From the NCBI RefSeq assembly GCF_006345805.1, contig NC_043009.1:33170001-33234000 (forward strand): a DNA stretch of 64,000 bases. Reading direction: 5' to 3'. Each line of letters opens with the position of its first letter. The stretch's first letter is position 1. A model generated the notes under the pieces. That model saw nothing but the letters and a program-made list of their open reading frames with translations, was not told where the DNA came from and searched no databases. The DNA is from Octopus sinensis. Taxonomy: Eukaryota. Made by a program: the position numbers and the translations under genes. This document shows, one piece after another, positions 26,160 through 40,300 of this stretch.

Positions 26160-28254
26160 TGTGTGTGTGTCTGTTTGTCTGTGTATCATGCAAACATACA
26201 ATTACTCCCTTTCGGTCCTTATAAATGTATCTTTGCATGTTAGAGTATGCATATTTTTGCGTGTTTATCCATACATCACCTTTTCTATACATTTATCAAT
26301 CTTTCATTCCCTACCACAGAATGTATGCATATATGTTTGTATGTCTGTCTGTATCTATGTATGCATGTATGTATACATGTATGTATGTATGTATGTATGT
26401 ATGTGTGTATGTATGTATGCATGTATGCATGTATGTATGCATATATATATGTATGTACGCGTGTATTTATGTATGTGTGCATGCATGTACCTATGTATAG
26501 GTGTCTGCACGTACGCCTACATCAAAAAATATACATATAGTATTATATTTATACGTATATATCAAAATATATTTATATCATTACACATATTTATCTGTAT
26601 AACATGTACACATGTACATATTCATGTGGAAATATATGGATGTACACACATGTAGATATGTACATGTGCATGTACCATGCATGTATATATATATATATAT
26701 ATGTGTGTGTATACATACACATATATTTTCACATAAATACACACACGCACAATTATTCACTCATACCTATAATACATATATAACATATATATATCCATGA
26801 TCGACTCACATACATGTTCGCGCACAATTATACAAGCATCCATATTTTAATAAATATATATATGCTTATATATATATACACTTATTTGAACAAATATTCA
26901 TGTTTCAAGGCCATTAGCGGAGAGCTATCTCCAATATATATCATCCTTTTGCTTTCTTCTTTTAGATCTTCCCCCCATCCGCCCTTAAGCCTTTTAACTG
27001 ATATATTCTGTAGCTTTTAAAGGCCTACCTTATATTTGCCGTTAGTATATCACTAATAAGAAACCTGCAGCAATATCATGCATCCATTATCTCAACTAGA
27101 TTTTAATTCCGACAGATTTCTTCGCTAACATTTCTCAATACGCAACTCGTATATTTCTCTATATTTCTTAGGCTTTTATCTTTGCACTGCTCCTCATCTT
27201 TCTTTCATTTTCCTTCATCAAATATTTTTCTTCTCATTCCTCTATATACAACTTTCTTCTATTCCATACCGTTACTGTTTCATCGATTCCCTTTTTCTTT
27301 CACTTTACTTCGCTTCTTCCAGTCCCAGAACCCCTTTATCTTCACCTTTATTTTACCAATACTTCATTCTTTATTTTGTCAGTTTTTATTGCCTTTATAT
27401 AAAATGCAACTCCTCTCTCTCTCTCTTTATCTCTTTCTCTCTGTCTCTGTCTTTCTCCCTCACACTACTTCTCTCTCTTTCTCCCTCACACTACTTCTCT
27501 CTCTTTCTCCCTATCTCTGTCTCTCATTTACGGATTCACTCTTCCTTTTCTTTCTCTCGCAACTGAAAATGAATATTTTCCCTCAAAGAGCCACTCAAAG
27601 AATCTGTAAGATTCCTCAATTCCCTGTAACTTAGAAACACTTATCCAAGCCCATAACCTTATCTCGGCGAGCTTTGCCAATTCACACCCTTACTACATTC
27701 CTTGAACTTTGTTTCTTACCACCTCTATTAATGCGATCCTTCATAAATTCAAAATTCAAAATAAGTGACTCAACTCAAATGCTTGACCCCAAAAGTAGTT
27801 ATATTCAAATCCCAATGTGTGGCACTACCCCTAAATTTAACTCTTTATATCAGAGACTTTAAACCACTTCCCTGAGGCACATTTTGTTGTCTGTGAATCC
27901 GTAGATACACCGCATGTTATTCTTGATGCGAGCCTGAAACTATCAAAATATTTAGAAAACCAACATTTTAATTCCCAACAACAATGCATATGTATCCGTT
28001 TGTGCTATATAGTGCAATGAATGCAATCATCCCTGTTTTAAATCAGTCTTAATACATAGTCATGTACATGTTCTTCCCTGGGCAAAATACAGCAGCTTTC
28101 TACTATTTACTACCACGCATACATTAAGTATGGGATATTGATAATGCTTACATCATTAAGCTGCTTCAATCAGAAAATTTGAATTTTATTTTCCTTGTGC
28201 AACACTTTTTCACAATAGCAAATAGATTTTTATGCTATTGGTATATATATATAA

Positions 28255-28430
28255 CGGGAAGGTTTACGAAAATAAACAAAAGACGAAGGCAGGTGGAGTA
28301 CAAACAAACAATGTATTAGTATGGCGCTCAGGAATAGAAATAAAACAAGTCTTTTACGTTTCGAGCCTACGCTCTTCGACAGAAAGATACACAGAAAAGA
28401 AACAAGGAGAGAAAAAATTGCGTGTAGGGG
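28255..28430 (-). mobile_element. H1 repeat copy
   Basis: Close to 6754-6930. Minus strand reads TCTTT-CTGTCGAA-GAGCGTAGGCTC-GAAACGTA-AAAGA. Confidence 0.8.
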
Positions 28431-30275
28431 CTATATATATATATATATATATAACTGGCTGAGTTGGGTTGTTGTGGAGGGGTAGCAGTGTGTGACACTG
28501 AAGAGCGGAAATGACTACGAAATATCGATATTTGTCGCTCTCTTTCACTCCTGAGGCCATTTTGTTTCTTCTAGCTTTGATGTGTGCTGCGTTTTTAAAC
28601 ACGACACCTCTGTAAAGAGGTCTCCATCGGACGGAATACCGCAGCTTCGCAGAGTTTACTAACACACATATATTAAATATGTGATAGGAGTAAATATAAG
28701 GACAAGCAAGTTGGGCAAGTCTATATACAAAAAAAATATCAAATACATTTAATACAAAAAATGTAGATCCTTTGGTGGATGGTTTTTTTTTTTTTTGCAA
28801 ACATACCCAAGAATTGCTTATCCATGTATGTTATCTATAAAGAGCGCTTGGCCGAGTAAAAGGTATATAGTTTGTCCTTACATTTACTCGTCGACCTGCT
28901 AAAATTTAAATCTTTTGAGCACTACGAAGTGCATTCTATACGGAGAATATCTGCCTCCCATCTATAAACTACATACATACATGCGTAAATGTGTCATAAA
29001 ACTTTTATAAAGATAATGATGTGTGGTATTATAATATGTTATCCAATGCGCTGTAAGTCGACAAAGTACAAAAATCACTCATTGAAGGGTGATGGAAAGA
29101 CTTTACAATAACATCATGTATTAATGTAGGAAATAAGAATTTTTGTCGTTTCCCTAATAAATCTTCCCAACCGTTATATAAACATATCTTATATCCTGTT
29201 TAGCACATCCTTTGTGTACCCCACCCTTCTGACACATATAGTTACCGCTGGACCATATTTTGTCCCACCCCGCACATAATCTGGTGTTTTCATAAAACAC
29301 CAGTTATTGTTTGTCACATTTCCAAAATATAAATACCATTATTCATTCTATTTCGTGTTTAGTCACAAAATCCCTGATGGAAAAATCTTCGCATATATTG
29401 ATTGACTTAATCGATGGTTCTTCGTTTACTATTGACTCAGAACAATTTCGAAGTTAGAATACATTAACGAGTGAAAGATAGGTTTGAAGTCACCTTACCA
29501 AAACTAGTAGTGATGGAGACTACGTCAGAATTCTTTTACGTTTACTTTCTCGTGGTTGTATGTTTCAGGATGCTCTCCACTAGTACAGTATTTAAAGACC
29601 TGTCACAGACCTATGCCATCTACAACGTAACTTTCAACAGGTCTAAAACAATTATAAATAATCCTGTTGTTGGCGTCATAAGAACTAAGAAGCATCGGGA
29701 GAATGTGAAATGATTCTTTTTTGGAACGGTGAAACACAATGAAGATAAAGCTACAAAACAATAGAGTGTAAATTTGGGGTTTAAAAATCCCTTTAGACAA
29801 GAACAGCTGAGGACAGCCTGCGGCTTTTTCTATTCAAGATTGAAAGAATGGATTATTTATAAGATGTCTATGGCAGGTGGATAAAACATAAGTTGTAGGT
29901 GGTGGATAATGTATGTGAAAATGGGTCTGCAATGATTCATGTGAGGAAAAATATCGAATAATTTCGGGCGCTCGTTTGAAAGACTGAAGTTAATTGTAAT
30001 TTTGTATTCTGGGTTACAGTGTCAACTGGAAAATTGAGTTAGCAATGAGTGCCCGGTGAAGGGAGGGCGGTCGACGCAACTCCGAAGCTGTTGTGTATGG
30101 AGCGGCAGTGATTCCAGCAGCAGCGGCACCGATGGCAGTAGCAACATCAACGGCGGCATCTACAACGTATTCGGCGGTAACAGCAACAGTGACAAAACCA
30201 GCAGCGGCGGTGGTGGTGAGGTCAGCAACACCAACTACAGCACGTCCGGCAGTATCAGCAACAACGGTAACAGTG

Positions 30276-30848
30276 GAGGCGCAATGGCTCAGTTGTTAGG
30301 ACAGCGAACTCGTGGTCATAAAAACACAGTTTCGATTCCCAGACCGGGCATTGTGAACGTTTATTGAACAAAAATATCTAAGCTCCACGAGGCTCCGGCG
30401 TGGGGAGGTGAACCCCGCTGTACTCTTTCACCACAACTTTCTCTCACTCATTCGTCCTACTTCTGCCACAAAGCAGAGGAACCATGGTGTAACCCTCTTT
30501 GGTGTGGTAAACTTTCAAACCCTAGTCTCGATTGCGAATCCTCTGTACCCCAGGATGGTTCAGCTCTCCACCCGTTAAAAGCTACCGTTACGGAATGAGG
30601 ATAACAACGTAGCTTTTGCACCCGTGCAACCGCCAGCCTATCGCGTGTGGTGGGTGGATCTTCAAGTTTCCACATGCATTCTTAGTAGCTTAGAGTAGGC
30701 TCGAATTAAGGATGATTCTCTGTGGCTAATGGCGTGAGTCCTGATTGGAAGAAGAAGAAGAAGAAGAAAAGAAGAAGAAGAAGAAGAAGAAGAAGAAGAA
30801 GAAGAAGAAGAAGAAGAAGAAGAAGAAGAAGAAGAAGAAGAAGAAGAA
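30276..30848 (+). mobile_element. tRNA-derived SINE (head 1) joined to a distinct 3' region ending in (GAA)n
   Basis: GAGGCGCAATGGCTCAGTTGTTAGGACAGCG...GTTTCGATTCCCAGACCGGGC and CTGTACTCTTTCACCACAACTTTCTC correspond to the reverse complement of the 5970-6362 head and body. Downstream sequence differs and runs into (GAA)n at 30748-30848. Confidence 0.7.
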
Positions 30849-31188
30849 TGAGGCTTCTGGGTGAGACTTGGACTCAACTTGTACAAATGCAAAGCAAAAG
30901 TCAAACATATAATAATAGTAATAAACCTAATTATATTTGGTACATAATCCCTAATGCAATGAATATGAAGACAAGATTAATTAGACAAATATATAAATGA
31001 ATTCATAAACACTTCAACATGATTAGTAAATATAGGCAAATAATTAACACTAATAATATCAGGATAGGTCATTGCTTAATTAAAAATTTATTTCGAATAA
31101 TTTCATCTTTAAATAACAGAAAACTCGACAACTCCTATAATAATACAAAAAACAACAACAACAACAACAACAACAACACAACAACAAC

Positions 31189-31247
<59 letters not shown>

Positions 31248-31543
31248 TGTTGATGATGATGATGATGATGATGATGACAACTTCAACGACGACCACGAAT
31301 ACAAAGATATGGAAAAGTAGAAGAATTGGTTTCAAATATTCCTGGTGAGATTTCTATCGAATCAAATCTGGAATTCCTCGTAAATAGTGGCAGCACCATT
31401 TCTAGGAATCACAGATAAAAAAAAATCCTTACTGTTGCATCTGTGTGCACATGTATGTGGCTATGTGTGTGCATACGTGACAGTCTGTGTGTGTTTGTCA
31501 GTGTGTGTGTCCGTCTGATAACGTGTACATATAACGTGTACAT

Positions 31544-31574
<31 letters not shown>

Positions 31575-32529
31575 AGATAGTATCTGTGTATGCGCAAGTC
31601 GGAGTGTGTTTGCGGGAGTTTCTGGGTGACTACTTTTGTGTGACTATCCTTACCTACATAAATGTGTGTGTATATATAAATATGTATGTATTATGTATGT
31701 GCGCAAATATATAAATGGATACTTGTGTTCATGAATGTATGTACGTGTGCAAATATTTATGTATGTGTGTGTGTGCGTGTGTGCGTTTGTGTGTGTGTGT
31801 GTGTGCGTGTGTGCGTTTGTGTGTGTGTGTGTGTGCGTGTGTGCGTTTGTGTGTGTGTGTGTGTATTTGCTTGTCTACTATATTTCATGTTTCAATTTGC
31901 AATCCAAAGCTTTCATGGTTGACTGAGAATCATTCTAGATCTCTCCAGCAGCAATTCGGTAGTTTCTTGTCTTTGGAAATCGCTTGCCTTCCTTAATAGC
32001 TTCACTAAATTACCAATTCTTGCCTGCATGACCAAATGCCAAAGTCTTCTCAGCATAAACTCAGTTTTACGATTTCAATGTATGTTTCCGTTTTTATAAT
32101 AGAATTGTAAAGCATGAGTTGGTAGAGCAACATGCTTAAATCTATGCGGTCAGGAGTTCGATTTCGTCTGAATTATTATACAAAAACTACTTTATTTGTC
32201 GTTGTGTTAAGGGAGGGTTATTTTGCCAATAAGAAACACACGCGTTGGTTCTATTTTACTTGTTATTATTATTCATCAACTAGTTAGCCAAATAACCAAT
32301 TAATTCATCGATAGCTTGGTTTATAAATCAATCAGCTAGCTTGCCTGACCCTTTTGTCATCATTCGTGACCTCATCAATGATATGCCTTCGCTATTGTCT
32401 GTCCCTCTGATTGTCTCAAAACCTTTAGTTAGTATCTGTGTGTTTTTCGAAATATGTGAGTGGGCGACTGTGTGAGCAAGTGTGACAGTAACTTATTTAA
32501 ATCTTCTCTCTTCAAATCGACTACTTATC

Positions 32530-33222
32530 CTCATCCTCATCATCCTCACTACTACTATCAGCCTCACCACCGACACCACCATCATCATCCTCATCATCAT
32601 TATCATCGTCATCATCATTATCGTCATCATCATTGTCAATATCATTATCATTACCATCATCATCACCACCATAATCACCATCATCATCATCATCACATCA
32701 TCATCATCGTCGTCATCTTCATCACCATCACCACCACCACCATCAACATCATCATCACCACCACCATCATCATCATCATCATCACCATCATTACCATCAT
32801 CATCGTCATCATCATTATCATCATCATCATCATCAATATCATTATTATCACCATCATCATCACCACCATCACCATCATCATCGTCGTCGTCATCTTCATC
32901 ACCTTCGTCACCAGCACCACCATCATCATCCTCATCACCATCATCACCATCATCATCATCATCGTCGTCATCATCATCATCATCACCATCATTACCATCG
33001 TTATCGTCATCATCATTATCATCATCATCATCGTCAATATCATTATTATCACCATCATCATCACCACCAACACCACCAACACCATTATCATCATCTTCAT
33101 CACCTTCGTCACCACCACCACCATCATCATCATCATCACCACCATCATCACCACTACCACCACCATCATCATCATCATCATCATCACCGCCAACATCACC
33201 ATCATCATCATCATCATCATCA
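32530..33222. repeat. Long degenerate (CAT/CAC)n trinucleotide tract
   Basis: Direct reading. It explains the poly-His/Ile/Ser/Asp/Met ORFs in the track. Confidence 0.95.
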
Positions 33223-33540
33223 AGTAGATAGATCAACAAATCGGCAGTTCGCTCCTGTGCTATCCTTATACATATATTTACTTCTAAATTTATCCAATTC
33301 TTATTGTTATCCCCCCACGTATTTCTTGGATTTTCCCATTTGTTTTTATGTAAGAAACCCAACGCGTTTCTTCTAAGGATTTACTACTTGGCACTGACTG
33401 GTCTAAAGGTTTACAACCGGCCGAATTATCAGGCTTATTCCTTACTCACCTCTATTAGTTGTAAGGTAAATAAAGAAAATTGGTTGGGATTCATGTCACC
33501 ATAGGTGTTATCCATAAAAGATCGCAGACAAATATATTAT

Positions 33541-33930
33541 ACTAGCAGTATCGCCCGGTGTTGCTCGGGTTTGTTTCGACCCGCTGAAATTGGAATTTTT
33601 GAAAAGTAAAAATTTTGCATTATGTAGCTTGTTATTCTCTTCAAGTGAACATTTTTCTGATTGAAATACACCGAAAAGTGGCGACACAGCAGTGAAAAAA
33701 TCGTAAAAAATAAGGATTTCAATCGAAAAAAAGTACCTTTTTGATGTAAATAATTTTTGGTGTTAACATGGTCCGATTTGAATTTTATCTTCTACGGAAG
33801 GAAGAGCAACCCTTCTTCTATCATACTCTCAATTTTGGTCAACTTGCGCCGCAGGGTCTCGGAGAAGATAGTGTTAGTTGAAGGCTACCAAACCTGGCGC
33901 ACACAGACAACTTCAGCTTTATATAGAGAT
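33541..33930 (+). mobile_element. Non-autonomous Lep1/DINE-1-like (Helitron-related) element
   Basis: 5' ACTAGCAGTATCG-CCCGGTGTTGCTCGGG (subterminal hairpin); 3' ACAGACAACTTCAGCTTTATATAGAGAT followed by (CA)n. This terminal layout is typical of Lep1/DINE-like elements. Confidence 0.65.
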
Positions 33931-34177
33931 AACACACAAACACATTAAACACATACACACACACACACACATGTATGTATGTATGGATGTATGGATGTAT
34001 ATATGTACATCTGTCCACTTCTTGCCATATTTTTATCCTTCACTTCCTACACACCCACACACACACACACTCACACACACACACACGCATACACGCACAC
34101 ATACACACACACACCTTCTTAGCTTACAATTTCTTTCTTTCAACAATTGACAACTGAAGTACGCTCGCCAATGAATA

Positions 34178-34573
34178 CTACCAAAAGTTAGCGACAGATC
34201 TCTGTTTCCTTTTTTTTTTTGAGGATTGGTTTAAGTATTAATAAGAGAAAGTAGCAGAATGTGTGATGTTGATAAGAGCTGCAGAAAGAGGATATGATAG
34301 TGGTATACACTTGCAAAGAGAAAGTAGGAGAAAGTGTGGTAATAGCAGGAGTAAAGCATTTGAAATGAGAGAGGCAAATCGTAAAATATTGAGTTTTCTC
34401 GAATTTTTGCTTAATTGGGGGTGAAATTGAAAAAAATGTATATGCCATGACCCAATCGAATCTACTTCGAAAAATCATTGGTAAATTCCAATTGAAGTAA
34501 TTCTATATTGTACAATTGTATTAAAAAGAAACATAGTCACAGGCAGAGAAAATCTGCCTTTTATCATAAGAGA
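34178..34573 (+). mobile_element. Probable second Lep1/DINE-like element
   Basis: 3' hairpin GGCAGA-GAAAA-TCTGCC followed by TTTTATCATAAGAGAT and CA repeats. The 5' boundary is uncertain. Confidence 0.4.
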
Positions 34574-36127
34574 TACACATAAACACACAGACACACACAT
34601 ATATAAACAAATAACATGCGTATATTATTTGGAGTTTCGTGGAGTTGTTCAATACACACAAAACTTTAAGTAATGTGGAACTGAGAGAATTTGTCATTAA
34701 ACTAGATGTAACTCCGACGAAATACAGAGTACTACTTTTGTTTTTCCCTCAATAATGTGTGTGTATGTGTGCGTGCGTGCGTGTGAATTTAAAACTGTGT
34801 TCGTAATCCAATGCTGTGCAAATAGAAACATATGTGTAAACAGAAGGTATATAATCTGCACTTTACTATATATTTCTATATCTCGGGGTTAATACATCTT
34901 TATCATGGAAAAAATTAATTTGCTGAGATTTGAGGCATTGTGACGTAAGCAAAACTGGATTGTTACTCTAACCAACCTGCCCCTTGTAGCTGATGTCTGT
35001 TGTTAATCGATAACGTCAGTTTAATATTTGTCCTTAAATCGAGAATTTTACGATTTAATTCTTGGTTGGTAACTGTAAGCTCCTGGGTGAGCTTTTCTTC
35101 TGAACATTTAATATTGAAGACTCACAAGACAAGCATGTATATTTCATTAATACCATTTCATGTTCCCTTGTTAATCATCAATGCTTAGTTTAAACAGCAA
35201 TATATCTTAGAGTGCGATGGGGATATTATTAGTTACAACATCAAAGCTATGCGGCAACAAGCAACCATTCACGTCACTTCACTCAGAATATGTGACCGAG
35301 AATATCTTAAAAATTTTTTGGACAGAGGAACGTTATTGGTCCAAACAAAATACGAATGATCATGGATGTTGATGCCACTGAATTCTTGCGCTACACAGCC
35401 GTTGGTTGCATCCCCCGGCCATTGTAGACTTATCATCATTAACCGGCTCCACAGAATCTCGACTCCAGCCCTGAGGGATCGGTGATTAAGGCCAAATACA
35501 CAAATTATTCTATCGGTCACCCTAAGTACGTCACCAGTTTTTCTGCATTATAAGTTTAATAATAAAGATTAAACTATATATCAATGTATATATATATATA
35601 TATATATATAACATATGCATATATATATATATAACATATGCAAATATATATATAACATATGCAAGTATATGTGTATGTATGTATATATGTATGTATGTAT
35701 GTATGATGTATGTATGTATGTATGTATGTATGTATGTATGTATGTATGTATGTATGTATGCATTCATGCAAAAGTTGTAAACAGAATATATAAAATTTTA
35801 GAATCAGCTGTCGGAAATAATGAAAATATATTGATATATGCAAAATAATATTTCAAAGTAAAGTTAAATAAATAAATCGAATTCGAATATAAAATTTTCG
35901 TTTTTTTAATATAAGCAACTGAATTCTAAATATGATATACTTCCATTTATGTAATCAGGAGTTCGTATACGAGCAGTACGTCAGTGGATCCAGGGTTTCA
36001 ACGATTCCCCTTATAATGTAGATCTTTTTCATAAATAGTTATTGATGCTTCAGATAGAATATTTTAAAGCGAAAAACTGATATTGAAACCTTTGATGGTT
36101 TCTCTACCTTTGAAAAATATTCTTTTC

Positions 36128-36970
36128 TACTCTAGACACAAGACCCGAAATTTTAGGGGAGGGATCAGTCAATTAGATCGACCCCAATACGTAACTTGTA
36201 CTTAATTTATCGACCTCCGAAAAGATGAAAGACAAAGACGATCTCGGCGGAATTTGAACTCAGATCATAAAGACAGACGAAATACCTATTTCTATTTCTT
36301 TACTACCCACAAGGGGCTAAACACAGAGCGGGAAAACACGAACAGACAAACGGATTAAGTCGATTATTTCGACCCCAGTACGTAACTGGTACTTAATTTA
36401 TCGACCCTCGAAAGGATGAAAGGCAAAGTCGACCTCGGCGGAGTTTGAACTCAGAACGTAACGGCAGACGAAATACGGCTACGCATTTCGCCCGGCGTGC
36501 TAACGTTTCTGCCAGCTCGCCGCCTTACCTTTAAAAAATATTACTATTTACAAGTAACAATGATTTTAAATTTTGCCACACGGCCAGCAAGTTCAGTGGA
36601 GGGGGTAAGTCAATTGCATTGACCCCCAGTGTTTGATTGTTTCTTATGATATCGACCCGGACAGGATGAAAGGCGAAGTCGACGTCAGCGGAATTTGAAC
36701 TCAGAACGTTAAAGGCAGACGAAATACCGCTAAGCATTTTGCCCAGGAATGCTATTCGTTCTAACAACTCGCCGCCTTCTACATATATCTAATAATGATC
36801 TAGGATTTACGCAGGTGAACAGAAATTTCGAGAGAAGGATGTATGTCGGTTACATGGAACTCCTTACTTGATTGATATTTCATTTTATCAACCCCGAGAG
36901 GGTGAAAGAAAAATATGACCACACTTGGATTTGAACGCGGATCGTACAGACACGGAAGAAATATCGTTTG
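36128..36970 (-). mobile_element. Cluster of Deu/Nin-like SINEs (dimer, monomer and degenerate copy)
   Basis: Same units as 20465-21072. Heads end at ~36526 and ~36778 (AAGGCGGCGAGCTGGCAGAAACGTTAGC on the minus strand). Confidence 0.9.
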
Positions 36971-37061
36971 ACATTTTTCCAACGCTCTTCCTTTTGCATT
37001 TTACACCCAAGCAATAAGAAAGAACTGCATCAGAAGTAATCATAGTTCAGTTATCACCATC

Positions 37062-37230
37062 ATCACTTGACCGACCAGTCCATCAGATGTAGTTACACAT
37101 CGCTGGTCACAATGCGTCCGCATTGTTTTAGCCTTCGAATGACGCCACCCCGCTGGCTAAGCGAGCAGGCCAACAGAAGAAAGAGTGGGAGAAAGAGTGA
37201 TGAAAGAGTACAGCAGGGATCACCAACCAT
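37062..37230 (-). mobile_element. SINE fragment (head-1 body, tail c)
   Basis: Minus strand CCCTGCTGTACTCTTTCATCACTCTTTCTCCC matches the head-1 body, then continues into a different tail (GCTTAGCCAGCGGGGTGGCGTCATTCG...). Confidence 0.65.
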
Positions 37231-37244
37231 CTCAATATGGCTAA

Positions 37245-37550
37245 CCACAAAGGGGAGGGAGTTACTGCAGCTTTTTACGTACTGAGATTTAATAATAAAT
37301 TTTTAGAGAGTTACTTCCCTTATATATGCCAAAAATGCATTAAAAATGGGAAAAATTGATGGTAATTTTTTTTTTAATTGTAGACTCATCGTAGACGCGC
37401 GCTAATACCCAGAAGGGCTCGATATGAATCACGACTATAAGATACCTGGTTTTGGTTAAACTGCACCGCAAAATGTGGGAGTAGTTAGGAATCTAAATCG
37501 TAGGAGACAGACAGCACGCAACCTCACTTTTATATATAAAGATATCATAG
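37245..37550 (+). mobile_element. 3' part of a Lep1/DINE-like element
   Basis: Ends GGAGACAGACAGCACGCAACCTCACTTTTATATATAAAGAT, the same terminal style as 33930. Confidence 0.5.
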
Positions 37551-38502
37551 ATCATTAGTTTCGTGCTGTTAACAACAAGACAGGAAGACTTCATAAGACG
37601 GCAGCATCCAGAAATTAAAAAATGTAAATTTGTGGAGAATTAGGGCTTCGATCGAACAAACGACACCAGAGTGAACGTACGGAAGTAAACAATCGGCGAA
37701 GACAGACGTTTAGGGCCATTAGGCCAAGACGAATTGTAATAGGTAACACCTGGGAGACATTTTGAAATGATATAGAATAAATAGGAGAGAAAAAAATAGA
37801 AGGGAAAAAAGAATATCGAGAGGCGGTCCCGTACTCGTCTCTCGATGTGTGTTTACATATTTTTGCTCGTTGGTGATGTCCTGTAATGTGTATAATTTCA
37901 TTTTTATATAAGCGGGTAAGTATGTGAGTGTACAGGTAGTTTTCTACTCTTATGCGAGCAAAAAGGCAAAAACTCGACATCATAATCACGTGACACCCCA
38001 TGAACCTGAAAATGGGTTTGGTTCATGATTGTACGGTTTCCTTCAGTATCCACTACCCCTTTCTTACTGGTTCCTTACTGCCATATACGAGGTGCATCTA
38101 CCCCTCACTGACAACTCTACTTTCATCATAGTAAATACAGAGCTGGATTTATATCACTTTTCAATCTTTACAACTATGTGTTTGTTTTTCCAAGCGACAT
38201 AGCTTTGAGCAAACATTGTCTATGTATTTGTATCTGGTCTGGTTCATCAATCTGTCCACCGAGGGAAAGAAAGGCTGGGAAATCTTTCATAAAAGAGAAT
38301 AAAGTTTTATATAAACGTAACCAAAGTTTTGTGTGGCAATAACAACAACTATAAAACAGCTTCCAAATTGTCTCTGTGCCAGTTTACCGGTTTCTGTAGC
38401 CGTCCTCATACACATTAATTTGTTGGTGGTGAGGAAGCGTTTATCCACATATTAGAAGTGTTAACATTGGTCAGTGCATTAATAATAATAATAATAATAA
38501 TG

Positions 38503-38553
<51 letters not shown>

Positions 38554-39070
38554 TAATAATAATAATGCTATTAAAATAATTACATCAGTTTTCTCAAAGG
38601 ATTCACATTATGTCCATTCCATAGATATTGAAATGAAACCAATAAACTTATGTCTCTTAGTGCTAAACAAATGTTTTCTTTCAATTGTCCATTTTCTTTG
38701 TCTTTCGCTTCTATTTTTTTTTTTTTTCAAATTTCAATGAATAAATATACGAAGGCTGATAAAAAAAAAATTCTTTGGACAAATCTCAAAATCATACAGA
38801 ATGAATATTGAAAACCCACACTGAATATACGAAGCCAGTTACTAGTTTAAGAGTAATTCTAAAATGGTATGAATAACTTTGGGATAAAAATTTCCACAAT
38901 CAAAAGAGACAGTTCATATTTCTGGTTGCTATTCACCAAAGCTGAAACAAAAAGGCACTCTTGTTGTTGTTGTTGGTGGTGGTGGTGCTATTGTTGCGAT
39001 TGTTTTTGTTGTTGTTGTTGTTGTTGTTGTGGTGGTGGTGGTGGTGGTGGCGGTGGTGTTGTTGTTGTTG

Positions 39071-39107
<37 letters not shown>

Positions 39108-39609
39108 ATTGTTGTAGCTGTTGTTGTTGCATTCCTGACCTGGAAAACTTTCAAAAATCATTGTTTCTCGTTAAAGATGACAGATTTGAGAACAAAGCAA
39201 AGACCTCTTTCTTTTTTTTTTCTTTTTGGTCTTTTACTAATCTTCTGAATAGAATTAAATTTGTGTTCTGCATCGATGTATTTATTTCTGTACCGATGTA
39301 TTTCTGCGAATGTGCGTAAGCGTTTATACACATGTGTACGCTTGCGTGTTTGTTAATGAGAATAAATCAGTGCACGACACTACAAAAGACGATAAACATA
39401 GATTTACACTGATAAATATACGTAAACATGTTTACATGAATACATGCGCGCACACATGCATACGTACAAACGTACATACGTATGTGTACGTATATGTAAA
39501 TACATACGCACATAGTAATATATTTATAATATTATATATTATAAACACAAATGCATACATGTGTGCGTGTGCGTGTGAACATCCACATGCACCAACAGCA
39601 CCACCGTTT

Positions 39610-40300
39610 TTACGACTGTTTTACCAAGCTTCACAAAGGCTGGACGGATCTTCATCGACTCAACAGTCTTTTCTCATCCTTATAAGATTCCGCATTCCCC
39701 CGAACTGCTTCCATTAATTCTTCCCGTGTCTTTTTGGTTCTTCCTTTCCTCACAGATTCCTTTGCTTAGAATCACTTAAAACTTCATTACCCAACTGCCA
39801 TTCTCCATATTTACCACATATCTGAACCATTATACTGCCCACTCTCTAACACATTCCATTTCATTCCTCTTCTACCAAGTTCCTCTTTGAGATTCTCTCT
39901 GCTTGGTCGTTCATACGCAATAGTACTACACACAGGGATTGTGGTGGTTGTGCACACCTCAGATCATTCGCATCCAGAGCCTGTGTTTCGCTACCATTCA
40001 ATATCGATCATCGTATTCAGGCATCATAACATCTGAACTTTGATTGAAGAGAGAACCTCTTTACTATCATCAGAGATAATAGCTCCCTAAACCTCTTACA
40101 CTGTTCTCACTCCCGCTGTTGGAATGCAGTCCCAGTTAGACGTGATTAAGTGATAGACATAACGGAAGATATTGACTATTCGTGTGGAGCATTCCAAATA
40201 TTTCCCAGAATATATTTCACAGAGAATTTTACTGCGTAATTGTCATGTGCCAAGTTATTATTTTCCATTAGCTTACACAGGGTCCTCCAACACATCTTGT
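39610..40300 (-). mobile_element. Degenerate RTE-clade LINE 3' remnant
   Basis: Minus-strand peptides GSETQAL (from 39995), WFRYVVNMENGSWVMK (39829-39782) and KGRTKKTREE (~39747-39718) match the RTE C-terminal motifs GSETW-L, RWFGHV-RM and RGRPKKTW-E, with frameshifts and stops. Confidence 0.75.

Noticed and set aside
29575-29640. Possible small exon after GTATGTTTCAG
   Set aside because: Only weak donors (GTAACT, GTCTAA), and two frames are equally open with no recognisable peptide.
30056-30367. Gly/Ser/Asn-rich 103-aa ORF
   Set aside because: It is degenerate CAG/CGG/CAA trinucleotide sequence running into a SINE head.
31290-31400. EYKDME.. after a TAA tract, as a possible fourth Dong-like remnant
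   Set aside because: The similarity is limited to about 5 residues and is followed by a stop, with no downstream motif.
32112-32170. tRNA-like A box (GTTGGTAGAGCA) and B box (GAGTTCGATT)
   Set aside because: No acceptor stem or cloverleaf can be formed. At best it is a decayed SINE head.
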